Assembly (NCBI GenBank): GCA_002718995.2
Contig: PBGL02000009.1
Coordinates: forward strand, 460-64,459
Origin: Methanobacteriota archaeon
GTDB lineage: Archaea > Thermoplasmatota > Poseidoniia > Poseidoniales > Thalassarchaeaceae
Reading direction: 5' to 3'
Length of the DNA: 64,000 nt
The translations under genes and the position numbers were made by a program. The notes beneath the pieces were generated by a model. It worked only from the letters and a program-made list of their open reading frames with translations, was not told the origin of the DNA and did not search any database. Positions 28,031 to 35,900 of this stretch are shown one piece after another. Each line of letters opens with the position of its first letter. Within the stretch, counting starts at the first letter, position 1.

Positions 28031-29275
28031 ATGAAGTTCGATATCTTCTTCTCTATTTCTCAGACACCAGATACCTCGGGCCATACCCCGACTGAGCGGG
28101 AGATGTTTTCCAACTTCCTAGATCAGGTGGAGAAGGCCGACGAGCTGGGGTTCGGAGTCGGTTGGGTTGCTCAGGCCCACCTCTCCACGGAAGTCCAGAA
28201 GTCAAATTCCCAGCCAGTTGTCCCTCACTATCCGGGAGAGGTTGGGCTCTGCACAGATTTTTTCCAAGTTGCGACGGCTATGTTCGCACGTACCAAGAGT
28301 ATGGAGGTTGGGAGTGCTGTAATGTCGATACTTGCCAGTGGCGGACCAATTCCGCAGGCCGAGCGAGTGGGCTCATTTCTTGCCTTGCATGGAATGAATC
28401 CCGAAGAAGGGAGGAAGTTACACATTGGTTTCTCCGCCGGACGCTTTGAATTCATGGCCCGGCCATATGGGATCGTTCCACGTGACCCCTTGGAGGAGGC
28501 GGCCTGGCCAGCCCTCAGAGGACAGGTTTTCGCTGAGGCATCAGAAATTTTCCTTCGGCTCTTGAACGGAGAAGTCATATCGAGCAAGATGATTAGAAAA
28601 ACTATCCTAACTCGAGAGAATTTCCGTTCAGACGAGGATTGGGGTAGAGTTCAGAGGGCCGCAGTCGAGCTTCATGGGCTCGGCGAGTTGCCGGAATCAA
28701 TTGCCATCCCGTCCCGATACAACTTCGAGGAGATAATGACGATTCCACAAGAGTGGCGTCGAGAGCTGCTAAATCTAGTTCTTGGAAGTCACGATGCAGC
28801 ATTGCAAGTCGAAGTCAACAGATGGGCACCTGTTCAGGTGTTTAACCTCTCAATTACTCCCCCTCATATTATCGAACAGACACACGAACGCATGACTGAA
28901 CACTATCATCCTTCAGGAGGGAAGTGGGGGCGTGACATGATGCCTCGTACAATTATGGTATTCGTCAATGATGAACCCGGACTGACTGATGAGGAGAGAA
29001 GTGCTGCTGCGAGCGAGGAAGCCAGAGCTGCGCTGACCACCTATTGGCATGCTCTCGAGGGTACGATCGACCCATCTAAGGTCGAGCGGGCCACGGATAA
29101 TGCAGTGATTGGCAATGTTAGCGAGGTGGCCGCACAAATAAGGGAGAGGTTCGATCATGAGGATCGGTTGATGTGCTGGTTCGACTTCTTCAATCACGAC
29201 TCTGAAAGAGTTCAGCGCAACATGGAGGCATTCATGACCAAGGTCGCACCGGCGGTTAACGGAGGGAGTGAATGA
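28031..29275 (+). CDS. Luciferase-like (LLM class) flavin-dependent monooxygenase
   Basis: 414 aa. It has the MKFDIFFS N-terminus and ADELGFGVGWVAQAHL, on a TIM-barrel LLM pattern with a long insertion. Confidence 0.7.
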   Translation: MKFDIFFSISQTPDTSGHTPTEREMFSNFLDQVEKADELGFGVGWVAQAHLSTEVQKSNSQPVVPHYPGEVGLCTDFFQVATAMFARTKSMEVGSAVMSILASGGPIPQAERVGSFLALHGMNPEEGRKLHIGFSAGRFEFMARPYGIVPRDPLEEAAWPALRGQVFAEASEIFLRLLNGEVISSKMIRKTILTRENFRSDEDWGRVQRAAVELHGLGELPESIAIPSRYNFEEIMTIPQEWRRELLNLVLGSHDAALQVEVNRWAPVQVFNLSITPPHIIEQTHERMTEHYHPSGGKWGRDMMPRTIMVFVNDEPGLTDEERSAAASEEARAALTTYWHALEGTIDPSKVERATDNAVIGNVSEVAAQIRERFDHEDRLMCWFDFFNHDSERVQRNMEAFMTKVAPAVNGGSE

Positions 29276-30450
29276 GCGCGCATAAAACCGAGCAGCCATC
29301 CAGTGTTGCTCCAGGTCGACCAGGATCGGCTGTTTTTCCTACGAATCCACTTGGTGAGAAGCATGACGGGATAGCCACGGGCCGTGATGTTGAGTGGGAG
29401 CCACTAGTTGATTTCAGGAGGATGGATGTTTCAGAAAATACAATCCATGGGGCAATCGCTTGGGCACATGGTAGTGAGATAATCCATTCATTCGGTGGAA
29501 ACGTTTTGGTTTACGGAAGATCCATGATGAAACCTCTGATGATGAAGCCATTCGTAGACGTCTTGGATGACCTCGATTGGGAGCAAAAGGCGATTGCCTG
29601 CTCCTCCCACAATGGCGATACTGAGCATGTTTCAGCTGCTCAATCCCTTCTTTCTGAATCCGAATGGGGGCTTATGCAATGCCCATTAGATGTCCCACTG
29701 ATTCAATTCGGACGTCAGGTCAGAAGACCCCGGAGGTGGTTTCACACCTGCTCGGGAGAGCATGCGGCAATCCTGAAAGCAATGCGTAAAATGGGGATGA
29801 ACAGAGCTGGATACACGCTCCCTAGCTCTCCATGGTTCCCATTGTACCTCGATGTTTTACGGGACTACATGAATAATCCAGATTGGGAGCCACTGAGAGT
29901 AGCAAAGGATGGATGTGGCTTCCCAACGGTTTCGAACACTGTGGACGAGCTCGCTGTAATGTTCGCTGGAATAGCTACGAATCGAGATAAGGATTGGATT
30001 TGGGAAGCAATGAATAGGCATCCAGATCTAATTGGCGGATTCAATAGGCTTGATTCCACATGCCTAAAGGCGGGAGAGGGGAAAATAATCGCCAAAGAAG
30101 GCGCGGATGGGCTAATGGGGTTAGCGATAGATCATCCCGATTGGCCAAATGGACTTGGTATCGTAATAAAAATCGCCCATGGTTGGAATAGCCAAGCCAC
30201 TTGGTATGTAGCAAGAGCTGTCCTTGGGGTCCTCGGAATATCTCTGAGGAATCCATACCCTCTGCACCGTCAGAAGGCATTCATCGTTCCGGGAATCGTA
30301 CCTGAAATGTACAGAGAGGCACTGGAAGAAGTAGTAACTTGGGATGAATGGGACCCTGACAGAGACCGATTCACCCTGGATTGGAAGGAGTATGCATCTG
30401 CCATGACAAGGTCGGATCCCTTTTCCAACGAGGGAGTCGGTGATTCCTGA
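29272..30450 (+). CDS. Asparaginase II family (PF06089-like) protein
   Basis: 392 aa. Motifs SSHNGDTEHV, CSGEHAAILK, DGCGFPT and AKEGADGL. Its ATG overlaps the upstream stop (ATGA). Confidence 0.65.
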   Translation: MSAHKTEQPSSVAPGRPGSAVFPTNPLGEKHDGIATGRDVEWEPLVDFRRMDVSENTIHGAIAWAHGSEIIHSFGGNVLVYGRSMMKPLMMKPFVDVLDDLDWEQKAIACSSHNGDTEHVSAAQSLLSESEWGLMQCPLDVPLIQFGRQVRRPRRWFHTCSGEHAAILKAMRKMGMNRAGYTLPSSPWFPLYLDVLRDYMNNPDWEPLRVAKDGCGFPTVSNTVDELAVMFAGIATNRDKDWIWEAMNRHPDLIGGFNRLDSTCLKAGEGKIIAKEGADGLMGLAIDHPDWPNGLGIVIKIAHGWNSQATWYVARAVLGVLGISLRNPYPLHRQKAFIVPGIVPEMYREALEEVVTWDEWDPDRDRFTLDWKEYASAMTRSDPFSNEGVGDS

Positions 30451-31886
30451 TGGATCTGATGAACTATATCGGGGGAAAATTCGAGAGGCATTCCGGAGAA
30501 AAATGGCTTGATGTCGAAGAGCCATCCACGGGGAATGTGTTTGCCAGAGCCCCACTATCAACTCCAGCAGATGTTGACTCGGCAATTCTTGCAGCTAGGA
30601 AAGCCCAGCCCAAGTGGGGCGGCATGGACGGTGAAGAAAGGGCGCGGTGGCTGGACAGGATTGCAGATGGATTAGAATCTAGATATGAAGAAATTGCATC
30701 TCTGGAGAGCAAGGATACTGGAAAACCAATTTCACTGGCCAGAACAGTTGACGCGCATAGATCGGTGGTAAATTTCAGATTCTTCGCAGATGAAATCAGG
30801 AGACACGAGGGGGAGATCTTTGAGATGGCCGACTCTACTAATTTCGTCTCATACAGGCCGGTCGGTGTTGGAGCACTAATCACTCCTTGGAATCTTCCAC
30901 TGTACCTGCTATCATGGAAGGTTGCACCTGCCATTGGAATGGGCAACACCGTGGTATGTAAACCGAGTGAGTTGACGCCGATGACAGCAAATCTACTCAT
31001 GGAAGTAATACACGAAGTAGGACTTCCTGAAGGGGTCGTCAATTTGGTTCACGGGGATGGCCTGGGGGCCGGTAGCAGCCTTGTCTCTCATGATGATGTG
31101 GACCTAGTATCATTCACAGGGGGGACGTCGACGGGATCTAAAGTCGCAGAAGCCGCAGCGCCACAATTCAAGAAGCTCAGCTTGGAGCTTGGAGGGAAGA
31201 ACTCTAGCATAGTCCTGGAGGACTGCGACATTGAGTCTACAATCAAGGGCGTGGTTAGATCCGGTTTCATGAATCAGGGTCAAGTCTGTCTTTGTGGAAG
31301 TAGAATTCTAGTCCAAGACGGAATTTATGACGAATTCATGGAGCGATTCATTGAGGAAGTCGAGTCGATGACTGTAGGGGACCCCTCTGATGAGGGGACT
31401 GACCTAGGGGCGTTGATTTCAGCGGAACACCTTAGGAAGGTGGAAGGCTACATCGAGTTAGCGAAGGAGGAAGGTGGAACAATAGTAACTGGCGGATATC
31501 CATGCCTCCCAGAACGATTGTCGAATGGAAACTGGATTGCGCCTACCGTGATTACTGGACTAAGTGTCGACTCTAGGTGCTCGACTGAGGAGATATTCGG
31601 GCCGGTCGTCTCTGTACACCGCTTCTCCAAGGATAGTGAGGCTATTGGAATAGCCAATAACACCCGATACGGGCTTGCAGGTAGCGTCTGGACTGGCGAT
31701 CTAGAAAGGGGCAGGAGGATTGCCGATTCAATACACACCGGAATGGTTTGGGTGAACACTTGGCTTCATCGTGATCTCAGAGCGCCCTTTGGAGGGGTGA
31801 AAGATAGCGGAGTTGGAAGGGAAGGCGGGAAGTGGAGTCTGGGATTCTTCTCAGAGGCCACTAACGTGTGTGTCAAGCACGATTGA
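30450..31886 (+). CDS. NAD(P)-dependent aldehyde dehydrogenase (hydroxymuconic-semialdehyde-dehydrogenase-like)
   Basis: 478 aa. Motifs VNFRFFAD, ITPWNLPL, FTGGTSTG, LELGGKN and the catalytic GQVCLCGSR. Its start overlaps the upstream stop (TGATG). Confidence 0.8.
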   Translation: MDLMNYIGGKFERHSGEKWLDVEEPSTGNVFARAPLSTPADVDSAILAARKAQPKWGGMDGEERARWLDRIADGLESRYEEIASLESKDTGKPISLARTVDAHRSVVNFRFFADEIRRHEGEIFEMADSTNFVSYRPVGVGALITPWNLPLYLLSWKVAPAIGMGNTVVCKPSELTPMTANLLMEVIHEVGLPEGVVNLVHGDGLGAGSSLVSHDDVDLVSFTGGTSTGSKVAEAAAPQFKKLSLELGGKNSSIVLEDCDIESTIKGVVRSGFMNQGQVCLCGSRILVQDGIYDEFMERFIEEVESMTVGDPSDEGTDLGALISAEHLRKVEGYIELAKEEGGTIVTGGYPCLPERLSNGNWIAPTVITGLSVDSRCSTEEIFGPVVSVHRFSKDSEAIGIANNTRYGLAGSVWTGDLERGRRIADSIHTGMVWVNTWLHRDLRAPFGGVKDSGVGREGGKWSLGFFSEATNVCVKHD

Positions 31887-31910
31887 CTCAGCAACAGTGA
31901 AAGTCCACTC

Positions 31911-32909
31911 TTGTTCGAAAGCAGCACTGTGGCGCCAGTTGGAATAGTAGGTATCGGTTCCTACGTACCCCCTAATGAGATGACCAATGAGGACTGGGCC
32001 GAGATAGTGGAGACCAGTGACGAATGGATAACAACAAAGACTGGGATGAAGAAGAGGCGAATAGCCGAACCAGGAGTTTCCACATCGGATTTGGCGGTGG
32101 AGGCTTGCAAGATTGCAATGGATGATGCTGGCCTAGAAGCTTCTGATATTGACATGATCATCCTAGCAACTTCATCCCCAGACGTTCCACTTTCCTCGAC
32201 GGCCGGGATCGTCCAGGAAAAATTGGGATGTACGGATTGCGCTGCATTCGACATCAATGCAGTCTGTGCAGGGTGGGTGCATGCCCTAGACGTCGGCTCG
32301 AGGTATGTAGGGACCCCTGGATACGACAATGTCTTGGTGGTTGGTTCGGAGATTTACTCCAGGATACTGAACTGGGAGGATAGGTCTACTTGCGTACTAT
32401 TTGGGGACGGTGCGGGTGCAGCAGTTATTTCCAAGGTGGAAAGTGGGCGCGGAATTCTAGGTTCTTGGCTATTATCGGATGGTTCTGGCTCATCGGTGAT
32501 AGAGATCCCAGCAGGAGGCGTCAGGACGCCGATTCCTTCAGAGGGTTTCGTGGAAGGGATGCAGTATTTCCACATGGATGGTAGAGCAGTGTGGAACTTT
32601 GCTATTGAGGCGTTTCCGCAGGCGGTCCGAGAGGTGCTAGAAAGAGTTGGCAAGACCCTGGATGAAGTGGACCTGATCATACCACATCAGGCAAACATCA
32701 ACATTATCGAGGCCGGGATGAAGAACCTAGGGCTGCCTATGTCCAAGACATTCACAAATCTGCACAAGTATGGGAATACTGCTGGAGCTAGTGTCCCCAT
32801 TGCCCTGAAGGAGGCTATCGAAGAAGGATTGGTTGGCCCGGGTTCACTGATTGTTACAGCTGCTTTCGGTGGCGGCCTAGCATGGGGCGCAAATGCGATA
32901 GTCCTCTGA
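31911..32909 (+). CDS. fabH: 3-oxoacyl-ACP synthase III (KAS III / FabH-like)
   Basis: 332 aa with a TTG or GTG start. It has the active-site Cys context DINAVCAGWVHAL, plus HQANINII and GNTAGASVP. Confidence 0.75.
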   Translation: MFESSTVAPVGIVGIGSYVPPNEMTNEDWAEIVETSDEWITTKTGMKKRRIAEPGVSTSDLAVEACKIAMDDAGLEASDIDMIILATSSPDVPLSSTAGIVQEKLGCTDCAAFDINAVCAGWVHALDVGSRYVGTPGYDNVLVVGSEIYSRILNWEDRSTCVLFGDGAGAAVISKVESGRGILGSWLLSDGSGSSVIEIPAGGVRTPIPSEGFVEGMQYFHMDGRAVWNFAIEAFPQAVREVLERVGKTLDEVDLIIPHQANINIIEAGMKNLGLPMSKTFTNLHKYGNTAGASVPIALKEAIEEGLVGPGSLIVTAAFGGGLAWGANAIVL

Positions 32910-35900
32910 CTACTGATCTACGCCCTTCCAGGTTCCGGACATGGGATCGAATACCATGATGCTGCCATCTGGATTCTGGCAATAGACTGATCCGGATAGT
33001 TCTGTCCAGACCAGTTGCCCGTGCTCATTCATCCTTGCATCATCAGGAGCAGCAATTTTCGAGGCCTCAGGCTCGATTTTTGATTCTTCGAATGTCGGCA
33101 CTCGTTCATCCTCAACACTCTCATCGATGACTTCAGGTAGACTGGTTTCAATGGCCTCAGACTCATTCGCGTCAGATGAGGATTCGAGCTGCATTGGCTC
33201 CTCGATTACGGTTTGTCGAATATCGACAAGTGAAGCCTCCTCGGTTTGGATTGACTCCTTCACCGGCTCACTTACTGATCTTCTGCGCATCACCATCCAG
33301 CCACCGAGCCCTATTAGTGAGATTATGACCAAAGCCGCGCCCAAGAATGCGTACTTTGCCATGCTGTCTGGCTCCAAGTGCCTGTCTGGGTCCTCGGGGA
33401 ATGCATCGCCGTTATCCCCGTATCCGTCCCCGTCAGTGTCTGACCACTCAGTGGGATCAACAGGGAAGGCATCGACGCCGTCTTCGAAGTTGTCGTCGTC
33501 TGTGTCGGTATCGAGTCGATTGGATCCAGCAGCCTCCTCGTCAACATCAGATAGCCCGTCATTGTCGTCATCAGTATCGGAGTTGTCGCCAATCCCATCC
33601 ATGTCGCTATCTACCCACTCGCCGAAGTCTAGAGGGAGTGCGTCTTCGGAATCGGGGAATCCATCATTGTCGTCATCCTCGTCCTCTTCTGAGTCATTGC
33701 ACCCATCCACGTCATAGTCATTCTCCGAGGTGCTAGTCCAACCCAGCAAACCCTGCGGGCAATGGTCATAGGCATCATCGATACCGTCTCCGTCGTCATC
33801 TTCATCTATGTCATCATGGACTCTGTCACCATCCAAATCAGAATAGCATTCATCCGCCGATTCTGCTCCTTCCTGGAGGGTTATGTGCGATTCAGGGCAC
33901 TGTTCCAAAGTTGTGCTTGATGCCTCTGAAACATAGAAGTCAAGAGGTGCTGGTGTCTGCTGATCTTGGCCTTCGCTTGGTGCGTAGAATCCTGGTTGAG
34001 ATGGGTTACAGGACGTCTGCCCTGGGTCGGGCTGGAAGCTTCCTGGGCTGCACTTCTCTTGGCCCGAACTAGCCGGCGACTGAACGTAACTTCCGGGATC
34101 GGCATCCAGGCAGTCATAGGGGGATGTAGAGCCAGTCTGGGGATTGTAGGTTCCAGCAGGGCACTGAGACTGGTCACTCGAACCATCGGTACTAACGAAG
34201 TGGCCGGGGTCTGCATCCACACACGATGATCTTCCCGAATTGGGCTGGTATGTCCCTTCTGAGCAGGGGGTCTGCGAATCAGAGCCGGGGTTGGCAACAT
34301 AGTGGCCAGGATCGGCGGCGCTGCACTCCGCGGAGGAGTTGGCCCCTGTAGATGGGTTATAGGTGCCCTCTGGACAAGGGGTCTGGGATGACTGCCCAAG
34401 GCCATCGACGTAGTGACCGGCCTCTGCCTCGAAACAAGTTGCAGAACCAGTGGATGGTTGGTATGACCCAGTGTCGCACTCATACTGGGCTATTGACCCC
34501 TCTGAGCCGACGTAGTTCCCTGGGTCGGCTTCCAGGCAGGAGGCCTGGCCCGAGAGGGGCTGATAGGTTCCCTCCGAGCATGGTTCCTGATTGGCTTGGC
34601 CATCAGAAGAGGAATAGTTCCCCGGGTCTGCGCCTAGACATTCGGAAGAATCGCTGGAGCCCTCGGATGGGTTGTATGTTCCTGCGGGGCATGGTGTCGG
34701 AGAGGTGGCGGCGCTGTAGTCCACGTAGTGGCCGGCGGGAGAGTCCAGACAGGTGGTCTGACTCCCGTATGGCTGGTATGTGCCGGGAGAGCATGGTGTT
34801 TGAGAAGAAGAGCCCTCGGAGTCCACATAGTACCCAGGAGATGCCCCATCGCACTTGTCCTGGCCCGGTAGCGGCTGATACGTTCCTGCCGAACAGGGAG
34901 TCTGGGTGGTCGATGCGTTGGAGGGTACGTAGTTCCCTGGAGACGCATTCAGGCATGTTGACTGGCCGGTGCTTGGCTGGTAGGTGCCAGGGGCGCATGG
35001 AGTCTGGCTGGTAGAGTTGTAGTAGTAAACGAAGTATCCGGCATCGGCATCGATGCAGGAGGTTGAGCCAGAGGATGGCTGGTAGGTGCCAGGGGCGCAT
35101 GGAGTCTGGGAGTTGGAGGCGTTGGAAGGGACGTAGTACCCTGCGTCGGCGTTGATGCATGACGCCTGACCCGTCGAGTTCTGATACGTGCCTGCTGGAC
35201 ATGCCGTCTGACTGCTTGAGCCGTTGGATGGCACGTAGTATCCCATGGAGGCGGGAGTCTGCGTCGATGCGCCGCTGGATGGCACGTAGTTACCTAGAGA
35301 CGCCTGTACGCATGAGGTCTGGCCATACATTGGTTGGTAAGTGCCTGGCTCACACTGTGTCTGGGAAGAGGCGCCACTGGATGGCACATAGTTTCCAGGT
35401 GAGGCCCCCAGACAACTCGATTGCCTAGTCCCGGGCTGGTAAGTCCCCGGATAGCATTCGTACTGACGGACACCAATTTCGACTGCAATCTGGAATGTTG
35501 AGTTTCCGACTAAGCTTCCATCATCAGTCGAGAAGAGCCATAGGGACATCGAGTATGATCCGTTTCCCCAAGTCCTATTCACGTGGATGAAGGCTATCGA
35601 GTCGCCGGAGAATCCGGTGCCGTTTGTGGAAAACGTGTCTAGACCTGCGGAGGTGTTGCTTGTACTGGAGCCCAGTAGGGATATCGTAGAGTTGTAGACG
35701 GAGAGGTCGAAGTTGGCCCCACCAGGGCTGGTCAAGCTCAAAGAAAAGCCACTGTCTCGCGGGACATCGATAGCGAATAAGTCCCCATGATCCGCGGGGT
35801 TTTGACCTGCATTAAGTTCGCCGATGTATGTGGCGCTCCTGTCCGATAGATTCACTCTTGGATAGGAGTTACCCGAGAAGTCCGGAGCATCTCCGTATAG

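Noticed and set aside
25741-31886. LLM oxygenase plus flavin reductase plus aldehyde dehydrogenase, read as a lux-like (bioluminescence) cluster.
   Set aside because: The LLM family is huge. There are no LuxC/LuxE-type reductase or synthetase genes and no paired LuxA/LuxB genes. The ALDH is of the semialdehyde-dehydrogenase type. The resemblance is only at superfamily level.
33127-35202. Long antisense or alternative-frame ORFs inside the giant gene (for example 33127..33717 +, 34352..35014 +, 33881..34483 -, 34603..35202 -).
   Set aside because: They are Ser/Arg/Pro-rich translations generated by the repetitive, codon-biased coding frame. They have no motifs and overlap a frame with strong domain signals throughout.
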